A DNA stretch of 64,000 nt from Eledone cirrhosa (taxonomy: Eukaryota), in the NCBI GenBank assembly GCA_964016885.1, contig OZ024744.1:38378001-38442000 (forward strand), written 5' to 3'. This document shows, piece after piece, positions 12,483 through 25,905 of the stretch. The stretch's first letter is position 1, and each line of letters begins with the position of its first letter. The notes under the pieces were generated by a model that was not told the origin of the DNA, ran no database searches, and saw only the letters and a list, made by a program, of their open reading frames with translations. Both the position numbers and the translations under genes were made by a program.

Positions 12483-14745
12483 GTGTCAGAAAGTCCTGTG
12501 AAAGTAGCTCTCGCAGAACCTCAGACGCTTATGGAGGTTGCAGTGGCTATCTCGAAGCTGAACAGTGGAAGGTCTCCAGGTATGGATGGCATACATGCAG
12601 AGCTCCTACAATATGGTGGTGAGAGACTCCTGCAACATCTTCACTCTTTGTTTGGCGGGATATGGGCTAATGAATCCGTACCTGAGGACTGGAGAGATGC
12701 AGTAATGGTGGTCTTGTACAAGGGAAAGGGTAACAGGAATGATTGTGGGAACTACAGAGGTATATCATTGCTTTCTGTCGTAGGGAAAGTTTTATGTAGA
12801 GTGCTTCTGGACCGTCTGCTGACACATATTGCAGATTGTGTTCTTCCTGAAAGTCAATCTGGTTTTCGTGCTGGACGCGGCACTACTGATATGATCTTCT
12901 CAGCTAGACAGCTCCAGGAGAAGTGCATGGAACAATGTTTGAATCTGTATCAGCTTTTTGTCGATCTAACAAAAGCTTTCGATACTGTTAACAGAGATGC
13001 ATTATGGAAGGTTCTCCAGAAACTTGGTTGCCCTGATAAGTTCCTTGCTTTAGTTAGGTCTTTCCATGACGACATGAAGGCTTGGCTTAATGTCGGAGGT
13101 AACATGTCGGAGCCTATCTCAGTAAAAAATGGAGTGAAACAGGGGGATATTCCAACACCGACCCTGTTTGCCATATACTTTGCAATGGTTTTCTGTATTC
13201 CATTCAGGAATTGCGAGCATGGTGTTTACATCCGATATCGAACCTCAGGCAGCATATTTAACATCAGGCGCTTTGCTGCAAAGACAGAAGTATTTACATC
13301 AATCATAAGAGACCTCTTGTATGCAGATGATTGCGATCTTGTAGCGCACACAGAGAGTGATATGCAGCACATTTTGAATGCATTTTCTGACGCGAGCACT
13401 GCTCTAGGATTGACTGTCAGTCTCAAGAAAACCGTCGTCATGTACCAACCTGTAAGCAGTACATTGAACCAAATATCTATGTGTATGGTAAACGACTTGG
13501 AGTGGTTGATCAGTTTGTCTACCTGGGAAGCACTGTCAATCGATACAGCAACCTTGACAGTGAAATCTCACTTAGGATTAGGAAAGCAAGTGATGCTTTC
13601 GGAAAGCTAGAAAGGCGACTCTGGGGTCGGCGAGACATATGCAGCAGGACAAAGGTAAAGGTGTACAGGGCATTTGTGCTCTCTTGTCTTCTTTATGCCT
13701 GCGAGATATGGGTCACATGTCGACACCACCTTAAGCAATTGGAGCGTTTCCATCAGATGTGTCTCAGACGGATCCATGGCGTTCACTGGAGGGACCACAT
13801 CAGTGATGTCGAGATTTTGGAAAGCTCTATGTGTGACAGTATAGAAGCTCTTGTGCTTAAGCAACGACTCCGTTGGAGTGGTCACCTTGCCAGGATGAAG
13901 GATTTTAGAATACCAAAACAACTCTTTTATGGAGAGTTGGTTAAAAGAAAACTACCGCCACATAAACCAAAAAAGAGGTATAAGGATTCCTTGAAAGCCT
14001 CTTTGAAAGACGCTAACATCTCTGCTGATACATGAGAAAATATTGCTGCTGATCGTAATAAATGGAGAAAGACTGTATATGAGGGAAAAGTTGCCTTTGA
14101 GGCATCTCGAATCGCATACGAGAAAGTAAAGCGGGATGTGAGGAAGGGCATTGCTGTTGCACTTCCAGACAGCAAGGGTCCGCCTATGGTGCTGACATGC
14201 AGCGTCTGTGCGAGACTCTGCCTAAGCAAAGCTGGACTTGAAAGTCATCTTCGCAGTCATAAAGTAAGACCAGTGGTTGACTACCAGGCTGCTGTTGGAG
14301 ATGCTACTCATCATGCTTGCCAAACATGTGGTAGAGAATGTAGATCAGCAGGAGGGCTCAAGCGACATGCAAAAGTACATGAAGTCCAACCACGTCCGGC
14401 TATTCCCAGTGAATGTTTTGGTTGCCGACTCTGTGCAAGACATGTTAGATCATTGGCTGGGCTAAAAAGCCACATTCGATCGCAGCGCTGTTAGTTGCTA
14501 TCGTGTGTGTGTATTGATATGTTTATGTGTGTGCGTTTGTGTGTATATATATATGTATATGTATATCATTATTGTTTGTTGTCGTTATTATTATTGTTGT
14601 TATTATTATTATTATTGTTATTAATGTATATGCATGTATATATATATATGTGTGTGTATGTATGTATGTGTGTGTGTATATATATATATATATATTTTTC
14701 TCCTCGTGCAATGGCCATACTCGATAACGAGGGAGCACCCATCAT
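12483..14745 (+). mobile_element. 5'-truncated RTE-clade LINE: RT plus three C-terminal C2H2 fingers
   Basis: PEDWRDA..YKGKG..CGNYRGISLLS, LPESQSGFR, FVDLTKAFD, GVKQG, YADD, LRWSGH; one frameshift (~13460) and one TGA (14033); CxxC..HxxxH motifs at 14198-14490; (TATG)n tail. Confidence 0.93.
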
Positions 14746-14829
14746 GTATGTATGTATGTATTTATGTATGTACGTATTTATGTATGTAAAAAAATATGTA
14801 TTTATATATGTATATATATATATATAAAT

Positions 14830-16110
14830 GTAAAAATATTAATCTAAAAGAGACCAAGATAATGTTTACCTCATCACCAGGGGAAGCATATATTGAGCCA
14901 AATATAATTGTTTCTACCTTTGGCACAAGGCCAGCAATTACCCAGTACATTACTGGTACTTTATTTTATCGAGCCAAATATAATGATGTATGGAACTAGT
15001 TTGGGTGTAGTTGACGCTTTTGTTTACCTGGGCAGTGCATTATCAAGGGATGGTTCACTGGGTGCAAAAATACACCTCCGCATTCAGAAGGCCTCTGTAG
15101 CCTTCGGAAAACTTGAAACAAGAGTGTGGGCGGATCATGCATCATTATCAAGACTAAGATTAGTGTGTACAAAGCCTGTATTCTGAGTGGTATGTTGTAC
15201 TCTTCCGAAACGTGGACAGTACACTGTAGACACCGTAATTTGTTTGAACACTTTAATAAAAAGATGAATCTTAAACATCGAATAGCAACAAAATATACCT
15301 GACACACGAATCCTTATAGATACTGGTTGCACAAGCATTGAATCTGCCATCATATCCTCTCAAATGCGTTGGGAAGGCCATGTTGCTCGCATGAATGAGA
15401 ATCCTGAAACAACTATTTTACAGTCAATTGCACACTGGGAAACGCCCTCAGCACAAATCAAGAAGATATAAGGATTGCATAAAAAAACAACCACAAAGAT
15501 CTAAAGTTTGAAGTTCAGAGCTGGGAAGTGTTTTCTTGAAAGAGGGGTAAATGAAGAAGACATGTGATGGAAGGCTGCAGAATGTTTGATGAGAGACGTC
15601 TTGATCATGAAAAACCTAAACGTCGGCTTCGAAAAGGCCACAGTATGAACCTTAATAAGAACATTGGGAGCTGGATTTGTGAGGCGTGTGGTCGTTTACT
15701 GCTCACTAAATCTGGGTACATCACCTATTTAAAAGTTCTATCCATCCAATGCTAGGTGACACAACATGTGTGCAAAAACATTTGTAAATCAATCTCTGGT
15801 CTTAAAAGGCATATGAGAGTACATGACATCCCACAAACTGACCAATCAATCAAATAGAGGGCACATCTTTTGTCTGTCACATTTTCTGCACACCGTGTAA
15901 ATATAAAGCTGGACTTAAAAGCAAACCTAAGAAGCCATGGACGAACGTTTGGAGTTGGTGACGGTTGGTGGGGGTGCATAGGGAGACGGCAATCATCTGC
16001 AAAGATGAAGCAATCACCATGTATGTATGCATGTATGTATGTATGTATGTATGTATGTATGTATGTATGTATGTATGTATGTACGTATGTATGTATGTAT
16101 GTATGTATGT
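14830..16110 (+). mobile_element. Degenerate 3' part of another RTE LINE with C2H2-like tail, interrupted by an antisense SINE fragment at ~14905-14970
   Basis: VVDAFVYLGSALS..RIQKASVAFGKL, LYSSETW, MRWEGHV, WICEACGR; ends in (TATG)n at 16019-16110. Confidence 0.8.
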
Positions 16111-16774
16111 TCTTCTGGTTTTATAATTTCACAATTTTTGTCAATAGAGAGAGAGTCGGTTTCTAACATAGACACAAGACTCTCTCATTGGAACTTACAC
16201 AACACCAACTAGGTAGGTATGTCTGTATGTCTGCATGTGTAGATATGAATGTTATTGTATGTGTGGATGTGTATGTTTTGAGTTGTATGTGTGCATGTGT
16301 ATATGCTTTGTATCTGTACATGTGTATATGCAGTTATTAGATGCAGAGTTTTTTTAATGTTTTATATATTTTTTACTGTTCCATTAATGGGTTGTACTTT
16401 ATGTATGTATGTATGTATTTATGTATGTATATATGTATGTATGTTTGAATGTATGTGTGTACGTATGCATGTCGTACGTATGTATATATGTATTCATAGA
16501 CACGTAACACATGATGGAGTCATGGAGGCACTGGAGTGCCATTCAATATTTCCTGGAGAATTTTTAGAAGCTGGTGGCGTCCATCCTCTCTCCACGCCTG
16601 AACACAGGAGAGAGTGTGACAGAGAGAGAGTGTGAAAGACATACAGAGGAAACATGTGCCCAGTATTGGACAGATACTGTTTAACGACTTCGAAAGGATG
16701 AAAGGCAAAGTTGATCTCAGTGTTTTTTTTTTCAAAGAGAACCACAAAGCGCAAAGCTTTCTATCCGTCGGCCG

Positions 16775-16938
16775 TGGGAAACTGCTTTCCAGCATAGAGT
16801 TACGTCCCTTTATGGACCCAGTTCGAATCCCGCCAAGGTTAACTCTGCTTTTCATCCTTACGGGGTCGATAAAATAAAGTACCAGTAATGTACTGGATAA
16901 TAATTGCTAGCCTTATGCCAAAATTAGAAACAATTATT
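16775..16938 (+). mobile_element. tRNA-derived SINE, 5'-truncated
   Basis: B-box GTTCGAATCC, same core and tail as 11917-12108. Confidence 0.8.
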
Positions 16939-17450
16939 TATATTCATAAATTGAAAGAATGTGTGTACATAGTTGCAGATCGTAAGGATTTAAAAAGAAA
17001 CCTTCCAATCACTCTCCATGGCTTTTAACTCATTAATCAGCAGTAGTGAGCATGCGCGAGGAATTCTCTTCTTTTTCTGTCCTGGTTTTTGAATCAATTC
17101 CTTTTTCTTTTTTGTGTTGGTGTTAATGGTAACCTGTGAAATCCAAATATTTTCTCAAATAACCCAAGTTTTGTTTATTTACATTTTTACTCGTTTACAG
17201 TCAATAGACTGCGGTCATGCTGGGGCACCGAGTTTTATTGTTGTTATGTCTGGTACTTATATCTCCCCTCAGTCAGCTAAGGTTCTGTACATAAATACAC
17301 AGTACCAGTTAACAGGTGTAGTCATAAATACACACACATACATACATACGCAAACACACGCAAATGCATACACATGCATACACATATACACATACATATA
17401 TACATATATATATACACACAAACAGACACACACACACACACGCACACAGT

Positions 17451-17518
<68 letters not shown>

Positions 17519-18857
17519 TGATGGATCTCGATGCAAATCCGGAGGAGACGACTGTCAAAGTAGGTATTCAATGCGTTACTAGGACATAGGTGTATTCATT
17601 TTATTATAGAAATGACTTTTACAGGACTAGAACTGTTTCATTCATATATATATATATATATATATATATCCCCGTCCATTATCACACCCGTAGATTCCTA
17701 TCGCTTGCTCTTGATCATAGATGCCGACTATATATGCTCACTCCACTTTTTCCTTCACTGCTCTGTATAAATACATACACTCCCTTATATTAACATTCAT
17801 TTGCTCATAGCTTCGAACTTACATGCACACACACTCTTTTACATTTCTTCTTAGCTTCGTACGGACGTATAATAACACACACACTCAAACACATGCTTAC
17901 GCACGTGCTCAAGTATAGCCCTTTTTACAAAACGTTTTTTTTTCGTTTCAGGTAGACGCGCTCCATCATCCACTTTTCTAAAAAATAAACAAGACGCCAC
18001 CACCAACATTTTTGCAAGAGATGGACCTGTTATTTTTATCTAAAGACATTTTTTCCAATTCCATCCCGCCCGTCCCTTCAATCTATCTTATTTCTCATTC
18101 TTTCTTCTGATGAAGGACTAGCATCCGAAACTTTATGACCCTCTTCCTGCTATATCAAGTGTTAACCTAATATATCCCTTCCATATACTGTACAAATTGT
18201 GTTGTTATTTCTATTTACCTTTTACACACACATATATATATATATGTGTGTGTATACATACATATTAATAAAAAGAAAGAAATATTCAACTCTTGTAGAC
18301 ATCGCCAAACTAAAACGTTCAGAAGTATCTATAATCTATAGAAAATATTATATATATCTCACTTGTTCACATTTTTTATGTCTTCATTATGTTTTGTTGA
18401 TGATTTGTGGCGTTTTTTTAAATGATATTTTAAATGATATTTTTCAAATGATATTCTTTTTAAAAGGTTTTTTAAATGATATTTTGAAATGTATCTTTTT
18501 TGTGATAGTTTTAATGATGTTTCTGTATATACTTTTGATGTCTGTAATATTTCTTCCTAATAGACTATAAATACATTAACATATGCATAGATGTAAGCAT
18601 TTTTATCTTAGAAAATATGTAATATAGGATTCTTTAAAATCATATACAAAATAACATAACATTTTTATACATATGTTTTACATTTATCTTAAATGCATAT
18701 ATCTTAATTGAATATATTAAATTCTAGTATAAACGACAAATATAACTTAACTATTTTAACTAAGAAATATTGGAGTTATCTTTTCCTTTATAATGTAACA
18801 CGCTTAAACATTTCTTCTAAGTAACAACTAAACTTTACATAAATATTAAAATTTCTG

Positions 18858-19010
18858 TATTATCGCTGCCATGTCCTGCGTCTCCAACAGACCAGTGTCT
18901 GTCCTTAAGGCATCAACATACGTTAACCTTGGTCTTCCTCTTCCAGTGTGTCAATTTAGGGGCTCCCACAGGAGCACTGAGTGCAATGTCAACTCTGGAT
19001 GTCGGTGAGC
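18858..19010 (-). mobile_element. RTE-type LINE 3' fragment (family of 23908-24396)
   Basis: Near-identical to 23973-24180 (RRLRLAGH..HPELTL..GRGRPR). Confidence 0.7.
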
Positions 19011-19080
19011 ATGTCCAGCTAACCTCAGTCTCCTCTGTGTCACTTTCGAGCTGACTTTTGGGAGTCACATATATATGTCT

Positions 19081-19144
<64 letters not shown>

Positions 19145-19178
19145 CACAATAATCAAAACTATGTTCAAATCATTTTAT

Positions 19179-19225
19179 TGCTGACAATCGTTTCTTCCAA
19201 ACTTTCGTTTGGAATCAGCGGAGCA
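19179..19225 (-). ncRNA. Hammerhead-like motif with variant core CCGCUGA (inverted twin at 21121-21167, + strand)
   Basis: tgct-CCGCTGA-ttccaaac-gaaa-gtttggaa-GAAAC-gatt-GTC-agca. Confidence 0.6.
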
Positions 19226-20559
19226 CTAGCAAAGTTTGGACATTTAATTAACCTCCTATTCAACTGAACAATCATATAGATACATGGATATTAATGTTGT
19301 CATCAACAGTTTCGTATTTACAGAGTGGAATGGATGTGACAGAGATTACAAGAGAATTGTATAATAATTAAAGAGGCACCGAGTGGAATGCATGCGACAG
19401 AGATTACAAGGGAATAGTATAATAATTAAAGAGACATTAAGGTAGAAAGTTACTCGTAAAACGAGGACACTAGCAGTACATATTCAAGCGTATAGAGAGT
19501 GAAAATGCGTTAGGCATATACAGGAAGGAAACAAGCAATGGTACTAGGCATATATAATTACTGCATGGCAAAGGTATCACATAAAATAACATAGGTTTAC
19601 AAGCATATCAAGCAGGCAAAGATGTTTGTGTATTAAAATTATGAGTTTATGGTGGATGTATTGTGATAATTGTTTCTGTAATGTTCAAATGTGTATGTGT
19701 TGAGAGTATCAATGTTATTGCTATCTTTTCCATTACATTGGTTATATTTTATTTTAGTGAATGTTTTTAATTAGTTACAGTTACGGATTGTATATTGGTC
19801 CTATTATATTGTTATCCAGGGTTCGAGTTATTCTGGAGTGATTCTTCTAACGGTTTAATTTCCGGAAGTGGATTTCAGATCTGTATTAAGGGGAGCTAAT
19901 GTGAAAGGAGAGGTAATTAGCGATTAATTTGTATTTGATAGAAAAAAATAGAAAAAATGTATAGTTGTTTACAGCTCCAATTAGTTAAATCCTTGTGCTA
20001 ATATCCATTATATTGTGTTACAAGTGAATCCCTTTTATATAATGCTATTTGTTTATATTTAATTTTAAATACAATCTATTTTCCTATAATACATTAAAGG
20101 TCTCATTATATTGTTATCTATCCATTACTGAATAAAATATAAGTAATCTATAGAAAAAAATGTATAGTTGTTTACAGGTCCAATTAGTTAAATCTTTTGT
20201 GTTATTAATATACATTATATTATGTTATAAGTGATTCCCTTATATATAATGCTATTAATTTATATATTTAATTATAAATATAATTTATTTTCCCATAATA
20301 CATTAAATGTCTCATCATATTATTATCTATCCATTACTGAATATAATATAAGTAAGCTATAGTAGTTATATTAAATGGTGGTACCTTTATGTTTATTCCT
20401 AATAGTTATTGTAGAGTATAAGGTTTGAGATAAATAGGAGTTAAGTAGAGGAAGGAGCTGATCATAGAGTTTGACGCTATGGGGATAATTATATGCTGAT
20501 AAGACCTAGAGGTGAAGTATTAATGGTGGTAAGGAATTCAGATCTGGCATTGTTAGTGT

Positions 20560-20957
20560 CGGTGTTAGTTTTGGCACATGGAAAAAATCTCTGATTTTCT
20601 ATTTAAGAGGTCTAGTTTAGAATATATTATAGTGCGGGTCTCTAGAAGACAGAGGTTACATAATTTATTCGGTGGTTTATACGATGTGGCCCTATCTATT
20701 ACTTCCCATTGAAGTGTATATGGTCTATTCCTAGTTTTCAGAGAGTGTATGTAGTTAGATAAAGAAGTGGAGTTGGCTAGATTGCGATTTTTGAAAGTGT
20801 GGAGATGCGAGTTATATCTCGCCTTGAAGCAGTTCTAAGTTGAACCGATATATGTTTTTGAAGAGTTGTTTGTGTTGACTGTGCATGAGTAAATGATGTC
20901 TTTGATTAAGCAATTTTTACCTAAGGGGCAAGTTCTATTTGTTCTACAGTTACGGCA
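20560..20957 (-). pseudogene. Penelope-type GIY-YIG endonuclease remnant (missed by ORF track)
   Basis: Manual translation: NCRTNRTCPLGKNCLIKDIIYSCTV..KTYIGST*NCFKARYNSHLHTFKN..TSLSNYIHSLK..LQWEVIDRATSYKPPNKLCNLCLLETRTII..LLNRKSEIFSMC. Confidence 0.85.
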
Positions 20958-21908
20958 TTCCACTCTGTGCCTCTTTAATTATTATACAATTCTCTTGTAA
21001 TCTCTGTCACATCCATTCCACTCTGTAAATACGAAACTGTTGATGACAACATTAATATCCATGTATCTATATGATTGTTCAGTTGAATAGGAGGTTAATT
21101 ATATGTCCAAACTTTGCTAGTGTTCCGCTGATTCCAAACGAACGTTTGGAAGAAACGATTGTCAGCAATAAAATGATTTGAACATAGTCTTGATTATTTA
21201 TAAATTTCCAATTTAAATTCATGCTCTGTAAAACATCTGATGTATTTACATTGAGCTATTTTTCTTACTGGTAATAAGGTAGTAATGAGTTACTAACCTT
21301 TCCTGTTTATAGTTGTATATAGTGTATATATAACTATAAATATTATTATTATATATATATATATATTTACCTAATCTGCGATTATCTGTTTCTCTCTTTC
21401 TCTCTTACTGCTCCCCCGTTCTCTCTGTTTCTCTTACCTTCTTTCACCCTCTCTGTCAGTTACACTTTTTCTCTCGACTGACCTCTTCCTCGCACTTCCA
21501 CTCACTCACTCTCTGTTTCTCCCCTTCTCACTTCCTCCCGTTCGCTACTAGTGGGGTTCCTTCTTTCTCACACCGCACTCACGGCGTACGGTCTGCTTCT
21601 CTGACCGCTCATGAAATTCACCCGGCTTATGCTGATCGGATAACTACCATGTGGCTTGCTGTTTTCCAACCTTCGGTTTGCTTTTCCTTCTGTTGTTTAC
21701 TTTTCTCACTCGCTTTACGCGTCTCACTTGTCCCAATAGCTTATTTTAGTTATTGCTCGCACCAACCTGAGGTATCTGATTTTTAATGCGATGAAATACC
21801 AATGATGGTTGGCAAAATCACTGATGAGGGACTAATTTTATAATATGTAATCCATGTGCAACCATGCAGTATTCTTCTTCCCTTTGTTTTTCATATATAT
21901 ATCTGTGT

Positions 21909-21951
<43 letters not shown>

Positions 21952-21978
21952 TGTGTGTGTGTGGGTGTATGTGGGTGT

Positions 21979-22062
<84 letters not shown>

Positions 22063-22244
22063 ATAGGGGGATGTCTGGAGATGACCACAGTTACAGTTAA
22101 AAAAGATACACAGTGCGTTAGTAGAATATTAACATATCCTTTTATTATAGAGAGGACTTGAACTCATACCTAAGAAATTATCATCATGATTTCTTGCGAA
22201 TGAAAATGTTCTAGTCCTTCGGAAGTCATTTTTACGATAAAATA

Positions 22245-22323
<79 letters not shown>

Positions 22324-22406
22324 GTGTGTGTGCGTGCGTGTGTGTGTGTATATATAGAATAATGAAATACAAAGTAATTTAGATGTTAAAATTCCTTTAT
22401 TGAAAG

Positions 22407-22484
22407 GCTGTTATATATATTTCGATGACAGCAGAGGCCACTCAATTCCGTGTTAAATCCAATGCCAAGATCTCATCAGACAGC
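22407..22484 (-). ncRNA. Type I hammerhead ribozyme with enlarged loop II, inside an imperfect palindrome (~22430-22635)
   Basis: gctgt-CTGATGA-gat-[~43 nt]-atc-GAAA-tatat-ATA-acagc; the inverted copy of the 5' half is at 22581-22635. Confidence 0.75.
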
Positions 22485-23364
22485 TTCTTCCACAATAAGG
22501 TTACTTTTATTAAGCAATTCAAGTTCGAAGTAACAAGGGAACTTGGTTTGCCTAATAAAAGTAAGCTTATTATGTAAGAAGCTGTCTGATGACATCATGG
22601 CATTGAATTTAACACGGAATTGAATGACCTCTGTTCGACGTTTCGGACTTAGGTCCTTCATCAGGAAAATTGAGAGGAACTCCGAGAGGGAGTAAAAAAG
22701 GTTGTAAGGAGGGAAGTTATCAAGAAGAACACGAAAACAAGAGAAAATTAAATATAAATAAAAACTGAATTTTAAAAAAAATGAAAATAAAGGAGGTGGG
22801 AGGGTGTACAGGTCCGGGGTGGCAAGGATGTGGTAGTGTGTATAGGGGTGAGTGGGGTAAGCGAGGGGGAGGGAAAATGTGGGGGTAGCAGAGTCCGGTC
22901 GGGGATGGCGGAAGGTGAGGCATATGTATAGATGTGAGTGTGTGTGTGTGGATATAAGTATGAAAGTCTGGAAGGAAGTGGTGTATATGTCTGTGCGTGT
23001 ATAGTCCCTATATGGGTGTTGGTGTGTATGTGTGTGGATGGATGGGATGGGAACGTGTCAAATCCGGAGGTGGTGTGGGAGAAGTGTGGGTGTATGTGTA
23101 GATGTGCAAATGTGTGTTTAAAAGAAGGGAATGCGTGGTAGGCCTGTAGGTGATGTGGGTTCGCGTAAGGTGCGTAGTTGCGTGTGGAAATAGTGCAAGT
23201 ATCTGTGTGGGTCTATGTTTCCGTATGGGTGTTGGTGTGTGTGGATGGTAAAAATCAGAATATTTATTTCTGTTTACCTTTCACACACACACACACTCTC
23301 AAACACACACACACACATATATATACCATTTATGTTACGTTGTTTATAATTGTAGTTCCTCGAA

Positions 23365-23425
23365 AACACTATACATATTTCATCACCCGATATGATGCGA
23401 GACCCAGGCGATTTCATCAGGTCTT
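23365..23425 (-). ncRNA. Type I hammerhead ribozyme (one stem I mismatch)
   Basis: aagac-CTGATGA-a-atcgcctg..cgggtgat-GAAA-tatgt-ATA-gtgtt. Confidence 0.7.
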
Positions 23426-23667
23426 AATTGCAGAATTAGTCATAGGTTTTTGGCGAACACAAACAGAATAGAAAATAGAAAATATAGGAATGATTTTAAT
23501 TCGGGGGATGGCCCATCGATTCCGTGTTATTGTAGTATATATATAATTGCCAGATAAATTAACTATAGAGATATAAAAGACACAGAAGCGAAAACCAACC
23601 CAAAGCAAACAGTGTGTTCTGTTATTATTTCTGGCAATTTTATAACAATATGACCCTCCCCAAGTAG

Positions 23668-23724
<57 letters not shown>

Positions 23725-23725
<1 letters not shown>

Positions 23726-23841
23726 CATTATAACGAATTTTTTAAACCCCGTTCGATGTGTTAGGTCGATCTTGTTATATAGACATTTTTGTTACAACGA
23801 ATTTTTTAATACCCCGTGAATTACGTTGTAACGGAATTTCA

Positions 23842-23845
<4 letters not shown>
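23725..23845. mobile_element. Possible pogo/Tigger-type MITE end
   Basis: Repeated (t)aacga motifs ending in cgttgtaacggaatttCACTG-TA within (TA)n; the partner TIR is not visible. Confidence 0.4.
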
Positions 23846-23901
<56 letters not shown>

Positions 23902-23907
23902 ATATAT

Positions 23908-24396
23908 ATTCTAGGGCGGGTAAAATTCCCGAGATCCATGGACGAGTTCTCTCCAGCGGTTTCTGTCCCTCATTATCACTGCCATATCCTGCGTCTCCAA
24001 CAGACCAGTGTCTGTCCTTAGGGCATACATTAACCTTGGTCTTCCTCTTCCAGTGTGTCCATGTAGGGGCTCGCGCAGGAGCACTGATTGCAATGTCAAC
24101 TCTGGATGTCTGTGATCATGTCCAGCTAACCTCAGTCTCCTCTGTGTCACTTTTGAGCTGACTTTTGGGAGGCTCCCATACAGCTCTGAGTTTTTCATCC
24201 TCAGTGTATACTAATTAATGTTCAGAGCCATCCTCAGCATCCTCGTGTAGCACCCATCCACCATCTGAGTGAGTTTCTTGGTCAGTGCCCAAGTCTCAGA
24301 CGCGTACAGCAGCACAGACTCCACTACAGCAATGAAGAGGCGGATTTTCAGGTCTTTACGAAAGTCCGACTTCCACACCGATCTCAAGCTGTGGCA
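23908..24396 (-). mobile_element. RTE-type LINE 3' fragment
   Basis: [55 protein letters not shown]. Confidence 0.85.
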
Positions 24397-24438
24397 TATA
24401 TATATACATATATATATGTATACATGTATATATATATG

Positions 24439-24653
<215 letters not shown>

Positions 24654-24657
24654 TATA

Positions 24658-25375
24658 TCTTCTTGGTTGTCCATCGTAAACGATGATGACATCTTCTTCA
24701 ATGTTGTTCCCGTCTGCCGTGGGCACGAAGGTGGCTGTGGAGGCCGATCCTTGACTTGCAGGTCCGAGGACAGTGGGGGCAGGGGAGGAGATCGGAGTCA
24801 GACTGGCAACTCCCACAGGTTACCTCCATCTGTTACCTCCAACTCTCGCCCATCGCCGCAGGGCTTTGGAAGTGCACGCTAAAGAAGAAACCTGTGCGGG
24901 AAAGTATTTATAGTGAGAGAGCTAGTGTACAGTGACGGTCCCACTCACTCGGCCGCAGAAGCCAGAATCCGGTGGTACGGAGGACCGTCACGACCAGGGA
25001 CTTCCTTGTATGCAGTGGATGGCCACGACGTCTGTAGTGCCTTGCCGTGCCCTAGCACTCCACACCGCTTGCTGTCGCCGCCTTCGTGACCGTTGGGATG
25101 TTGTCCTCCTCCACTCACTCCGCCGGGTCCAGTCTTCGCATGCAGGGCAGGCACCCCCTATCTAACTCACCGGGGTTTCAAACCCGTCGGGCTACCCTCA
25201 ACCTGGTTCGGCCCGCCAGCCAATGCGGTTTATCCGGGTGTGGCCGCTGGCGCATACTACAGCTTTTGGGGGCCACAGGTGAGAGCTGAGTGTCAGGTGG
25301 GACTCAATGGAGGACGAGCTGTCCTGAAAAGGGCATGGCTAGCCCCCCCCCCCCCCCTACAGAGGTACATGCCCC
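24658..25375 (-). mobile_element. Internally deleted RTE/BovB-like element (GC-rich 5'UTR joined to 3' end)
   Basis: 3' end encodes [18 protein letters not shown]; the upstream part is a GC-rich non-coding UTR-like tract with no RT; flanked by microsatellites. Confidence 0.6.
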
Positions 25376-25384
25376 TCCCTGACA

Positions 25385-25645
25385 CCCCAGACATATACAC
25401 ACGCATATACATACACATACATATGTACATGTGTATATACATATTTACACATTTTTGGATGGCCGTTGACTCTTATGAGTTCTTCCGCCCTTTGGCAGGT
25501 TTTGTTTTTTGTCCTGCAGGGTGTCCAAAATCACCCTCCTCACCAAGTAAACTTGGTGGGGTTGCCGGTTTAGTCGCGGACGACCCGACCATGCCACAGG
25601 TTGTACTGGGTTACATGTTACCAGTAGCACTCAAGAGTGACCTGA

Positions 25646-25648
<3 letters not shown>
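25385..25648 (-). mobile_element. 5' head of RTE-derived family B
   Basis: Matches 11280-11535 and 10710-10882. Confidence 0.65.
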
Positions 25649-25706
<58 letters not shown>

Positions 25707-25772
25707 GTTATTCCGGGTTGAATCGGAGGTAACCACAGTAAATAAGGTACTCAATACATAGCAGAGTATAAA

Positions 25773-25905
25773 AGTTTTAATATAGATGAGATTCTACAGG
25801 ACTAGAACTGTTTCATTCATTAGAAATCATCAGGAATCAGATTCCTGATGATTTCTAATGAATGAAACAGTTCTAGTCCTGTAGAATCTCATCTATATTA
25901 AAACT
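25773..25905. ncRNA. Perfect palindrome containing two divergent type I hammerheads (25789-25838 minus, 25839-25889 plus)
   Basis: agattc-CTGATGA-t-ttc-taat-gaa-t-GAAAC-ag-ttctagtc-ct-GTA-gaatct, mirrored about the single A at 25839. Confidence 0.85.

Larger units (their letters stand above)
19147..21200 (-). mobile_element. 5'-truncated Penelope-like element with inverted pLTR
   Basis: 19147-19380 is the reverse complement of about 20960-21198; a GIY-YIG remnant lies inside; ~200-bp tandem duplication at 19945-20360. Confidence 0.85.
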
